Notes under the pieces: model-generated
Database searches by the model: none
What the model saw: only the letters and a program-made list of their open reading frames with translations
What the model was told of the DNA's origin: nothing
Program-made: the position numbers and the translations under genes
Source of the DNA: Octopus sinensis
Lineage: Eukaryota
Direction of reading: 5' to 3'
NCBI RefSeq assembly: GCF_006345805.1
Contig: NW_021834243.1
Location: forward strand, 1-51,452
DNA length: 51,452 nt
In this document: one piece after another, positions 1 through 10,895 of the stretch
Layout: every line of letters starts with the position of its first letter
Numbering within the stretch: the stretch's first letter is position 1

Positions 1-579
1 AAACAACTTTGATAAAAACTTATATCTACTTTTCTGACGAAAACAATGCCGTTCTGAACATTTTGGCCGCAACAGTATATATAGATGCATATATAGATGC
101 ACAGGACGTCACGAAACGTGTGCAACAAAAATACAAAGTACGAGTACATGGAATATGAACATTTTTCGAACAACGAAAGACACAAATGGAAAACAAGACA
201 ACACAAAAAAATTACCCTTCATCAGTTGTTGACTGTTTTCTATTCTCGGCCATCTTTCTTCCCCTAATTTGTGTTTCTTTCTCTCAGTTGTATCTGGATC
301 AAGGAAGACGTGTTCTTGTCTGTCTCCTATCCAAGCTTGATTTACGCGTTCGCTACAACCTCGTTTAGGCTTAGCAGTCCTTCCTGTTTGTTTTCACAGG
401 CCTGTTTGTGTTATCAATTTTGACCCTCCGCAAAATCCCAAATTTTATATAATTTGCTTTGCCGAAGCAACTGTTTTATCGAAAGCGTATATTGTTGTTA
501 AATGCTCGAAACATGCACAGAGATGCACACTTAATGCTAAATCACTGTGACAAAGCTGGACCTTTGGACTACAGGGTAA

Positions 580-720
580 AATCTACCCGACGACTTCTAC
601 ACAGTTTCCGTGTATCCAAATTTCATCCATGAGACTGGGATCGATCCAAGCACTAGAACAGGATATTGGTCCAAAATACCACGCAGCAGGACTGAACTCG
701 GGAACTTGTGATTCCAAACA
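580..720 (-). mobile_element. Degenerate SINE-B head (old copy)
   Basis: cagtttccgtgtatccaaat...ccacgcagcaggactgaactcgg aligns by eye with the reverse complement of intact SINE-B heads at 4396 and 15335. Confidence 0.55.
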
Positions 721-858
721 ATTTAGCTGTCCTGTCTCAACTACACCCTCGCATACACATGCATGCATATGCACGCACATAAATCACGCACGCACACACA
801 CGCACGCGCGCATATAAAACGAATTATGTAACATACTTACCGTATGTCACTGCCTGTA

Positions 859-1396
859 GGCCGGTTACTGCTGAATTTGTCCTGAAATAACATCTCTTGT
901 GGACGTGTTCTGTTAAAAACAGAATAAACATCAGCGGAAGACGAAAGTTTATATCTACTTCTTTACTATCCACAAGGGGCTAAACACAAAGAGGACAAAC
1001 AAGGACAGACAAACGGATTAAGTCGATTATATCGACCCCAGTGCGTAACTGGCACTTAATTTATCGACCCCGAAAGGATGAAAGGCAAAGTCGATCTCGC
1101 CGGAATTTGAACTCAGAACGTAACGGCAGATGAAATACGGCTACGCATTTTGCCCGGCGTGCTAACGTTTCTGCCAGCTCACCGGAAGACGAAAGTTTAT
1201 ATCACCAGTAGTCAGCGAGAGCACCAGATGCATTTCGGCTTTTTTGGACCTTTGTCTTTTTGAACAGGGCGAGAATTTGTGGTCTCGATGACTGCTGTTG
1301 GGACGAATTTTCGCCTCCATTCGATATTTATTGTTTTGAAAACAGCAGGTCCATAAGAGATGTTATCTCAGGACAAAAAATGCACAGTAACTGGCC
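859..1396. mobile_element. MITE / non-autonomous DNA transposon with ~70-80 bp imperfect TIRs, flanked by TA, interrupted by a SINE
   Basis: TA|GGCCGGTTACTG..TTTGTCCTGAAATAACATCTCTTGTGGA (857-903) is the reverse complement of TCCATAAGAGATGTTATCTCAGGACAAA..CAGTAACTGGCC|TA (1350-1398); weaker similarity continues inward to ~930/1322. Confidence 0.7.
956..1183 (-). mobile_element. SINE-A (tRNA-derived), full length, with 20-bp target-site duplication
   Basis: Head ggtgagctggcagaaacgttagcacgccggg, B-box gagttcaaattcc; TSD ggaagacgaaagtttatatc at 936-955 and 1184-1203. Confidence 0.9.
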
Positions 1397-1472
1397 TATC
1401 GATAGTGTATATATATGTTGAGTATGATACATAGATAGCTATTTTAATTTGATTCTGCCTCAATTGCATGTA

Positions 1473-1620
<148 letters not shown>

Positions 1621-1723
1621 AGGTTGCATGAATATGTGTGTTGGCTTAGTGTTAAATGAGGACATACGGGTGCACGTCTGTGTATGTGTATCCAGTGGGT
1701 AAGAAAACACTGGTATAAGTGTA

Positions 1724-1814
1724 CTGTTCGTGAAATTAATGTGCAAGTAGCTGAGCACTCCGCAGGCATGTGTACCCTTATCGTAGTTCTCGGGGAGATT
1801 CAGAGTGACACAGA
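1724..1814 (-). mobile_element. SINE-C 3' fragment
   Basis: Matches part of the minus-strand copy at 17303-17681 (cgtgaaattaa..gagcactcc..gtgtaccctta..gtagttctcggggagattcag..gtgacacag). Confidence 0.75.
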
Positions 1815-1819
1815 ATCTA

Positions 1820-2990
1820 ATGCGGAGGCCATTCGGGATCCTGTGTGAAAGTTAAAGGTACTCCATTAGGGTGCCTTTCCACCACCTTTTCTACCTCTCC
1901 GTCTCAGTAGAAGAAGACCAACAGTTCCTCTTCCTCCGGGTACGAGGTAGTCAATTTTACCGTTGGCTCACAGTTCCCCCCCCCCAACGGCGTCTCTTCC
2001 CTTGCCGATGGTTCAACCCCTACCGGAAAGGTTCCGGAACATTCCGGTGTTATGTCCCGTTTCTCTTCCTTTTTCTCTTTTTTCCCTCTCAACTGAGGGA
2101 GGGTGCGTCTCCTCCGTGACCGGGAGATTCACCTTCTCTCCCCTATCCCCAGGATCCTTCGGTGAGCACTCATTGTTGCTCACCTTCTTCTTCTTGCGAC
2201 CCTTCCCTGAAGAGTCCTCCGTCTCCTCAGCCGCCTTCGTTCCCTCTTTTACAGAGGTCTCAATTGATTGCTCCAGGATTCCGCCTTGCTCCCGAGGATA
2301 GGTCTTCTTTATATGGCCAGGCTCCAAGCACCGATGACACCTGGTGGGGGCGACCCTCAAGAATCACCGGGTACCTGCACCCGGCCATTTTCAAAAAATC
2401 TGGCATAACCAGATTCATGGTTGATTGGGTCCACAGGGTCAAAACAGCTTTTGACCCAACCCAATCAGCCGCAGGAAAAATTTTCACATTTGAAGAGCCT
2501 GGCTCTGCTGCCACCCAGACCCGATGGATTGTATCCTCCATCCACTGGGGTTCAATTCCGGGTGGCAATCCACAGACCCAGGCCCTCGTCAATTTTTCCC
2601 ACAATAAGTAGGAAGAAACAAAATTTCTTTACCCTCAACGGGCTGGCTTGCAAGAGTGCGAGCCTCCTCTGGGGTGTCAAACAGCAACCACACCGTTGCA
2701 TGTCTGACTCACCAAGATATATACTTAATGGTTGACAGATGTTCTGCCAACTCCGGCTCAATCATATGCTTGGAGAAGAACCTTCAAATACGTTCTCAAC
2801 ACCACCGTCCTCTCTCCTGTTGCTGTCTGAGCCACTCCTTAAGTGGGACAATCTCCCACTCTACAATCTTATCCATGTTTTCAATTAAAAAATAAAAAAT
2901 GTCCAAAACAATAGTTCAGAAAAAAGGAAAGAGAGAATTCAAAAGAAAACAAAAGTGAAGAAGAAAGAAAAAACAAACAGTTCAATAAAA
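1820..2990 (-). pseudogene. Frameshifted ORF1 (gag-like, CCHC knuckle) of an L1/Tx1-type non-LTR retrotransposon
   Basis: Joining frames gives VWLLFDTPEEARTLASQPVEGKEILFLPTYCGK/KLTRAWVCGLPPGIEP..MPDFLKMAGCRYPVILEGRP/TRCHRCLEPGHIKKTYP then a low-complexity K/E tail. C-x2-C-x4-H-x4-(C>Y) preceded by ILEGRP resembles L1/Tx1 ORF1. Frameshifts in the A-run near 2595 and the G-run at 2346-2350; candidate ATG near 2876. Confidence 0.65.
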
Positions 2991-3121
2991 AATCGCAATA
3001 GAAGAAGAAAACAAGAGTTAAAAAAACAGCAAAAAATCTTCTGGGAATTCATGTACTCCAAGCCCTTATGGTACTCCAATTGGAACGTGGACTGCTCCAC
3101 TTGAATGCAGCTTTCCAATGT

Positions 3122-3365
3122 AGTTGTAAAAATACACACTATTTACAAACAGCGAACGACTTTTGGTGTTAGGATACGTCTCACCAAACTATATTTCTCA
3201 CAATGAGAAAAATTTTTCACTTAATGTGAACACTTGAAATACAGTTTTCCAATAATGGTAAATGTTGTCGTAAAAACATACACTGTTGAAAAGTGAACAA
3301 TTTTTGGTTTGAAGGATACGCCCACCAGACTGTACTTCTCACAATAAGAAAATATGTTCATTTAC
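3122..3365. repeat. Diverged tandem duplication, ~140-bp period
   Basis: gtaaaaatacacact..aggatacgtctcaccaaactatatttctcacaatgagaaaa versus gtaaaaacatacact..aggatacgcccaccagactgtacttctcacaataagaaaa. Confidence 0.6.
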
Positions 3366-4058
3366 TATGGACCATGTTGCTGAACAGCAAGTAGACCAAC
3401 ATCTTGAATCCAGTGAGGACTCCCTGTTTGTAAAACACATAAGCACAGACAACGACCCTCACTGGGTCCAAGAGAAAAGTCTTACCTTGCAGCAGCTTCT
3501 TTCGGCAGGCTAAACACTCCCTGCTGTCTTCTTCAGTGCACAACGCAGACACACAGACACATGCGCACACTGACAATAGAGACTCGTGGGAAGCAAGCTG
3601 CTTACCACACAGCCACTGCTGCGCCTATGCATATATATATATTTTATGATTTAATCTTGCATGTCTTCGGAATAACAAAGAATTGAAATGAAACAAAGTT
3701 TCATGTAGGAGAGGATTAATTAAGCTCACTGATTAGTTGTAATTAGTGGTGTTCATGCTAACTCTTGCAAGAAGCAAATCAATTTTATAAATCGTTTCCC
3801 AGTGAAGCATAACAAACCGGTTGGCTAATCTTTATTGTATTATTGAAGCTCAGATTGAAAGTTTGTTTCATGATTCGAGATACCACATCGATCTTCGATT
3901 CCCAACACAAACTTTTTGCTAGTTTCGAAGGAAAAACAATATTCTCTACTTTTTTTTTTACATGTAATAAGCACTCACCTTTCAGAAATCAAATGTACAT
4001 GTATATATATATATATATAATATACATATTTGGAAGAGGATTCGGGACGTTCAATCAT

Positions 4059-4395
<337 letters not shown>

Positions 4396-4397
<2 letters not shown>

Positions 4398-4795
4398 GGC
4401 GCAGGCGTGGCTGCATGGTAAGAAACTGTGCTTCTCATCCACCTGGTTCCGGGTTCATTCCCACTGCGTGGCACCTTGCGCAAGTGTCTTCTACTATAGC
4501 CTCGGGCTGATCCAAAGCCTTGTGAGTGGATTTGGTAGACGGAAACTGGAAGAATCCAGTCGTATATATGTGTGTGTATGTGTGTGTGTGTGTTTGTGTC
4601 TGTAGTTGTCCTCCCACCATCGGCTGACAACCGGGTTTGGTTTGTTTATGCTCCCGTAACCATAGCGGCCCGTCAAAAGGGTCCGATAGAATAAGTACTA
4701 GGCTTACAAAGAATAAGTGCTGGGTCGATTTGTTTGACTAAAACCCCTTAAAGTGGTGCTCCAGCGTGGTTGCAGTCAAACGACTGAAACAAATA
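4396..4795 (+). mobile_element. SINE-B: tRNA-like head, internal (TA/TG)n, conserved 3' domain
   Basis: ggcgcaggcgtggctgcatggtaag..ggttcattccc..gcaagtgtcttctactatagcctcggg..ggtagacggaaactg; microsatellite; tail ending gcagtcaaacgactgaaac. Confidence 0.9.
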
Positions 4796-5065
4796 CATTA
4801 ATGAAAGAATATATATATTATATATATATATAATTAATAATATCAGGGTAATACAGATTTTAGAAATTGTTACTACCAGTGGCCTAGCATGTAGAAAAAT
4901 TAGTCAACAGACTATATATTATTCATATAAGATACAGTGTACCTTTAAACACAAAAGAGGCTTCCATCATAGGAATCCTTTACGCTAGAAAGAACAGTTA
5001 AAGTCCAAACCACTAACTAATTTTTTCTCGTGGAATGAAAAATAAAAAACATTTACCATCTAATT

Positions 5066-5140
5066 CCCGGACCATGGTTTCTGACTTAGTTTAGTAAATA
5101 AAAAATTCCTCATTTACCAGGCGAAGTCGTCATCAACAGG
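5066..5140 (-). ncRNA. Type-I hammerhead ribozyme-like fold (C3>U variant), copy 1
   Basis: Minus strand: cctg|UUGAUGA|c gacuu...aaguc a|GAAA ccaugg UC|cggg; palindromic stem III accauggu, GUC triplet. Confidence 0.6.
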
Positions 5141-5289
5141 GACGCCATAGATTAAATATATAAACAATGCGGCCAATCCAGCATGTATCTCATTGCTTAT
5201 ACATTTTAGTTATTTTTCAAATCCACTGCGCAAGCGCAGTATTCTTTTTTTGACTGCAGCAAAAAGATGCCGGCACATTCTTCGATGAT

Positions 5290-5445
5290 TGTGTGTTTAC
5301 GTCCCCGTAACTTAGCGGTTCGGCAAAATAGACCGATATAATAAGTACTGGGCTTACAAAGAATAAGTCCTTGGATCGATTTGTTCGACAAAGGCGGTGC
5401 TCCAACATCGCTGCAATCAAATGACTGAAACGAGTAAAAGAGTAT
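5290..5445 (+). mobile_element. SINE-B 3' domain (no head)
   Basis: tttacgtccccgtaacttagcggttcggcaaaa..caaatgactgaaacgagtaaaaga. Confidence 0.85.
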
Positions 5446-5685
5446 TATATATATATATATATTACACACACACCACACACACACAACACACACACACACA
5501 TATATATATATTAGATATATTATATATATATATACATACCATATATATATATATATAGTCATAAGGAATCCACTCGTGGGATTCAACTCGCTAGAAAGAA
5601 CACCTAGGTTCTATAACAAAAATAAATTAGGGATAAATTTTGACAGGAACGAAATGAAAAATAAAAACTTTTTACCATCAAGTTT

Positions 5686-5762
5686 CCTGGACCAATTGGT
5701 TTCCGATTTTAGTTTAGCAAGCAAATAATATTTATTCATGAGGTGAAATCTTCATCAACAGG
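5686..5762 (-). ncRNA. Type-I hammerhead ribozyme-like fold (C3>U variant), copy 2
   Basis: Minus strand: ccug|UUGAUGA|a gauuu...aaauc g|GAAA ccaauugg UC|cagg; palindromic stem III accaauuggu, perfect 4-bp stem I. Confidence 0.65.
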
Positions 5763-6379
5763 TACACCTTGGGTTAAATATATAAACAATGAGGCGATCA
5801 AACTATATGCCTCCCGTTTATATATCCTAATATGTTTTGAAAATCTACTGCGCAGACGCAGCCCTTCGCCGGCAATAAAAAAATGCCAACTTTTAAAACC
5901 GAAAATTATCCAAATACTTATAACACTTAAACATATCAAAGGGAAATGGAAAATGAATTAAAATTTTCACTTCCAGTGGCCGAACGTGTAAACACATAAG
6001 GAACCAACTCGGGAGATTTAACACGCTAACCCTAATTTTTGTGGTTATAGGCCTTAAGAATATTATTCATGTACGGTGGTGGTTGAATGATAACGGAGAT
6101 CGACAAAATAAATATTAGACTGAAAAATACTCCACGGTCGATATGACTGGTTGTAAACTTTGAACGAGCATAAAAAGAAAACGTATCTCTCTCTCAGAAT
6201 TGTTAGAACGCCGGTCAAAATGCCTTGTGGTGTTTCGTCCGTCTTTACATTCTGTGTGCAAATTAATGTTTGATTCCTCAATCACAATGTTTAATCTCTA
6301 TCCAGTTTTGATATTTTAATTTCTACCAAAAAAAAACACCGAAAATTCTAAAATTGAAAATATATCTTCAAATATATCT

Positions 6380-6790
6380 TCAGGCGTGTGGTAAGAATGC
6401 CCTCTTCAAAACCACACGGTTCCAGGTTCAGTCCCACTGTGTCACACTTTGGGTAAGTGTCTTCTACTATAGCCTCTGGCCGACCAAAACCTTGTGAGTG
6501 GATTTGGTAGATGGAAACTGAAAGAAGCCCGTCGTATACACACACACACACACACATATATATAAATAAATATATATATATATGTGTGTGTGTGTGGTGT
6601 GTGTGGTGCGTGTGTGTGTGTGTGTGTCTGTGTCTGTGTCTGTGTTTGTTCCCCACCATCGCTTGACAACCGATGTTGGTGTGTTTACGTCCCCGTATCT
6701 TAGCGGTTCGGTAAAAGAGCTTACAAAGAATAGGCCGGTGCTCCAGCATGGCCGCAGTCAAATGACAAACAAGAACAAAAGAAGAAACTA
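6380..6790 (+). mobile_element. SINE-B, near full length
   Basis: Head 6380-6540, (CA/TA/TG)n, tail 6640-6790. Confidence 0.88.
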
Positions 6791-6861
6791 AAAATAGAGT
6801 GAAAATCCTTTTATGGATGACAACGACAACGAAGCGAAGCATTATATGTCAATAATGTAAG

Positions 6862-7915
6862 ACGGTGTGGTTAAGAATCTCGCTTGGCTCCGGGTTCAGT
6901 CCCACTGCTCGGCACTTAGGGCAAGTGTCTTTTACTATGGCTTCTGGCCGACCAAAGCCTTGTGAGTGGGTTTGGTAGACGAAAACTGTGTCGAAGGCGA
7001 TGAGCTCGCAGAAACGTTATCGCGCCGGGCGAAATGCTGAGCGGTATTTCGTCTGCCGTTACGTTCTGAGTTCAAATTCCGCCGAGGACGACTTTGCCTT
7101 TCATCCTTTCAGGGTCGATAAATTAAGTACCAGCTACGCACTGGGGTCGATATAATCGACTTAATCCGTTTGTCTGTCTTTGTTTGTCCCCTCAGTGTTT
7201 AACCCCTTGTGGGTAATAAAGAAATAGGTATTTCGTCTGTCTTTACGTTCTGGGTTCAAATTCCGCCGAAGTCGACTTTGCCTTTCATCCTTTCGGGGTC
7301 GATTAAATAAGTACCAGTTACGCACTGAGGTCGATATAATCGACTTAATCCATTTGTCTGTCCTTGTTTGTCCTTTCTATGTTTAGCCCCTTGTGGGCAG
7401 TAAAGAAATAAGAAACTGTGTCGATGCGTGCGCGCGTGTTTGTGTGTGCGTATTTTTTGTGTGTATGTTTGTGTGTGTGTGTGTGTTGTGTGTTTGTGTG
7501 TGCGTTTTTGTGCGTATGTGTGTTTGTGTGTGTACATGTGTTTGTGTGTGTGTTCTTGTGTGTGTATGTTTGTGTTTGTGCGTGTGTTTGTGTGTGTGTA
7601 CGTGCGTGTGTTTGTGTGTATTTGTATGTATATTTGAGTGTTTGTGTTCGTGTGCGCGCGTGTGTGCGTGCGTGCGCGTGTGTGCGTGCGTGCGCGTGTG
7701 TTTTGTGTATATGTGTGTGTTTGTGCCCTCCCTACAGCTTGACAACGGGTGATGGTTTCTTTACCGTCACACAGCTTAGCAGTTCGGTAAAAGAGACTGA
7801 TAGAATAAGTACCAGACCTAGAAAAGAAGCGTAAGCCCTGTTGATTTGTTCGACTAAAAATTCTTCAAGGCGATGCTCCAGAATGGCCGCAGTCCAATGA
7901 TTGAAAAAAAACAAG
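6862..7915 (+). mobile_element. SINE-B interrupted by a nested SINE-A dimer, with an expanded internal TG array (7425-7725)
   Basis: Head 6862-6994, tail 7725-7915. Confidence 0.85.
6995..7412 (+). mobile_element. SINE-A head-to-tail dimer with 12-bp TSD
   Basis: TSD aaactgtgtcga at 6983-6994 and 7413-7424; second unit re-enters at ggtatttcgtctg (~7228). Confidence 0.9.
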
Positions 7916-7924
7916 CGATAATAA

Positions 7925-8380
7925 TCTCTTATTATAAAAGGCAGATTTTATCTGCCTCCCTTTGTCAGTTATAGAAATCTACAATATAGGATTTTCTTCA
8001 ATTACAATTTACCTAGCATTTTTAAGAGTAGAATGCATCGGTGTTTGCCAGGTCCAGTTTTAAAATTTAAACTCCAATTAAGCAAAATTTACAGAAACTC
8101 ACATTCTGGTGTGTATGTCAAATGCTTTTCTTAGTCTGGTTTACAGCACACGCCAAACGCAAACACACATGTGCAACGAATAAAGTGAAACTAGATGTAA
8201 TATTTGTTCGTCTATCACGCTGATAGATACATGAGTAAAATGTATGGCAAGCTAACAGATAAGAGTGGGTGAAAATGTTCTTGGAAGAGAGTAAATAGAA
8301 ACAGAGTGATTTGAGCAAGACTAAACTGAAAGTATGAAACAGTGTTTATGTATAAACAGACGACACTTATATAAACCCTT
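7925..8380 (+). mobile_element. Probable Helitron-like 5' portion
   Basis: A|TCTCTTATTATAAAAGGCAG start resembles Helitron 5' ends; no 3' hairpin plus CTRR found, so the end is approximate. Confidence 0.35.
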
Positions 8381-8384
8381 TCGT

Positions 8385-8690
8385 TACCAAACCGCCCGAA
8401 TTTACCTATTCATATTTAAATGAGAATATCAGAGTAAATCTCTTTAGTACATTCATGAAAACACGTATTATACTTCGTAAACACTTCAAATAAAAGTTTT
8501 GTACAAAAATCGAAGTGTAATTTAATTCCGTGAATTATGGGAGATTTTTTTCCGAAATTTGTTTCCTATTGTGTTTTCAAAATTGTATTCTGACAAAAAA
8601 TGGATACGAATTCATTATATCAAGCAGCGAGTCAGAATTCGAAGGATTTTCTACTGAAGACCTTCATAAATCTAACTCTATGACTGAAAA
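8385..8690 (+). mobile_element. Possible piggyBac-like left-end remnant
   Basis: taaa|CCCTTTCGTTACC start and an acidic peptide SSESEFEGFSTEDL like transposase N-termini; no right end seen. Confidence 0.35.
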
Positions 8691-8698
8691 AAAAAGCA

Positions 8699-9087
8699 TC
8701 TTTATATAAGAGTGAAGTTGTGTGTCTGTCTCCTACGATTTAGATTCGGAACTACTCCCACATTTTGCGGTGCAGTTTAACCAAAAGCGGTATCTTATAG
8801 TCGTGATTCATATCGAGCCCTTCTGGGTATAGCACGCGTCTACGATGAGTCTACGATTTAAAAAAAATTTACCATCATATTTTTCCATTTTAATGCATCT
8901 TTTTCGCTTATATAAGGGAAGTAACTCTCTAAAAATATCTACGATGTGTCAACGATTTAAAAAAAATTTACCTTAATTTTTTTTCAATTTTTAATGCATT
9001 TTTTTGCTATTTTTTGCTATAACTCTCTAAAAATGCTTATATAGTTATTTCCCTTACAACCCGAGCAACGCCGGGCGATACTGCTAG
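8699..9087 (+). mobile_element. Non-autonomous Helitron (~390 bp)
   Basis: 5' A|TC, subterminal GC hairpin cccgagcaacgccggg (9060-9075), 3' CTAG|T, no TSD. Confidence 0.85.
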
Positions 9088-9672
9088 TGTTGGATACCCA
9101 TGTCCCACCGGTGGGGTTGTGAGGTGCCCTAGTTCAGATCACATCATAGATACCACACAACCTACTCGTGGTCAATTAAAAATTTTGGGGTGTTTTCTAT
9201 TGGAAGATCTCGAAATCTTTTCTGAAAGAACTATTTTGGTTCTCATGGCAAGTTAAATACTTTTCATTCCCTTCTTGTATTGAAAAATCTACCATTTTTT
9301 CCCCAAAAAAACTATTTTTGTTTCAATGGCAAATAAAATTTTCTCAATGCTCAGTTTTTTATGTTACCTCATTAAATGGTGAAATAAAAAAAAAACGTAA
9401 AAGAAAAATATTAAAAATTTACAAAGGATTGTTCTTTTAGTGTAGCAAAAGCATAAGTCAAAGCAGCTCTCAGAAGCTCATAGGAAAGGAATTTAGAAAA
9501 CCACCTACTGGTGGGTCGGACGGGACTCGCTAACATACCACCACGAGGCACCACCAGGACGTGAGGGAACCAACCTGTTAAAAAAAATCGTTTAAATGAA
9601 GAAACCAGGAACAAGGAAAAGATGAACAATTAAAAATCGTTAATGAAATAAATTAAAAAGAAGAGAATACAC

Positions 9673-9830
9673 TGGGGAACCTAGGGGAAACCAGAGAAAA
9701 TCTGGGGAATCCAGGGGAAATGAAAGGAACCTAGGGGAAACCAGGGGAACTCAGGGGAATCCAGGGGAAATGAAAGGAACCTAGGGGAAACCAGGGGAAC
9801 CCAGGGGAAATGGCACCCAAGGGAACCAGA
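9673..9830. repeat. 10-bp minisatellite (ccaggggaaa) with a 50-bp higher-order unit
   Basis: tgaaaggaacctaggggaaaccaggggaac repeated at 9721 and 9771. Confidence 0.9.
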
Positions 9831-9839
9831 GTTATTTTT

Positions 9840-10070
9840 CATCTTTTATTTGTTTCAGTCTTTGGAATGCGACCGTGCAGGAGCGGTGCTTGGAAGGGAT
9901 TTTAGTCAAACAAATCAACCTCCAGTACTTATTTTTGTGTCTGGTACTGATTCTGTCGCTCACTTTTGCCGAACCGCTATTGTTACGGTGAGGTAAGTCA
10001 TCCAACACCATTCACCAATCGGTGGGTGGGCTGGAGGAACAAACACAGAAGCAAACACAAACACACACAT
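9840..10070 (-). mobile_element. Old SINE-B 3' domain
   Basis: tttgtttcagtc..cagtacttattt..tttgccgaaccgcta..ttacgg. Confidence 0.65.
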
Positions 10071-10126
10071 GTGTACCTGTTATATCTTCGGTGAGTTCAC
10101 TTGGGATTTTTTAGCGACAGTGTAAC

Positions 10127-10164
<38 letters not shown>

Positions 10165-10186
10165 ACGTATGTATGTATACACACAC

Positions 10187-10260
<74 letters not shown>

Positions 10261-10410
10261 GATAGATAGATAGATAGATAGATAGATAAATGAGGGGCTT
10301 CCACACAGTTTTCATTTATCAAATTTACTCATTACATGGAGAAAAAGAAAGTGAAAGTAGGATCCAAAACGCAGTAGCCAAGTTGAAGGTAGTGGAGGGA
10401 CAGAAGAAAC

Positions 10411-10479
<69 letters not shown>

Positions 10480-10802
10480 TATGAGAGACAAATAGAGACA
10501 GACGCAGAGACAAACAGACAGACAACATGTACATTATTGCTGTGCTGGCTATTGAACGTCCATAAATCTGAGGTTGTGTGTTGAGGAAACAAGCTTAAAA
10601 CAGACGGACGTTGTTTGTTTATCAGAGACTAATCATAAAGGAGAAGATAACGATTTTTTAAGCAGAAGCCAACAGCGAATAAATCTTGCGCTGCCGCTCT
10701 CTTATATATAATCTCGCTGGCAAACCTATCATGGCTTTCGTCTGCAAATATCTCACCTTCTGGTGGAGACAGCATGAAAACAGAGCGATGCCGTTGCTGC
10801 CA

Positions 10803-10816
10803 GTTACCATAGAAAC
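10803..10816. promoter_or_regulatory. RFX X-box motif
   Basis: GTTACCATAGAAAC matches the GTHNYY-AT-RRNAAC consensus exactly; extra GTTGC half-site ~10793 and an inverted CCAAT box (attgg, 10835-10839) in non-repetitive DNA. Confidence 0.6.
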
Positions 10817-10895
10817 TGTCAGAGATCAATGATGATTGGTCAGTCTTTTGATATTACTTCCTGCTCAGGAATAGATCCTAGATTTCACCCACCTG

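Larger units (their letters stand above)
4870..6035 (-). mobile_element. Tandem ~430-bp Penelope-like / retrozyme-like repeat units carrying hammerhead-type motifs
   Basis: Units beginning ~4965 and ~5560 plus a partial unit at ~5970 share cgctagaaagaac, gaaaaataaaaa, ttaccatc, gtttag, tcatcaacagg, ttaaatatataaacaatg, actgcgca. Confidence 0.6.

Noticed and set aside
826-885. Minus-strand exon with a GTAAGT donor
   Set aside because: The putative exon lies largely within the MITE terminal repeat
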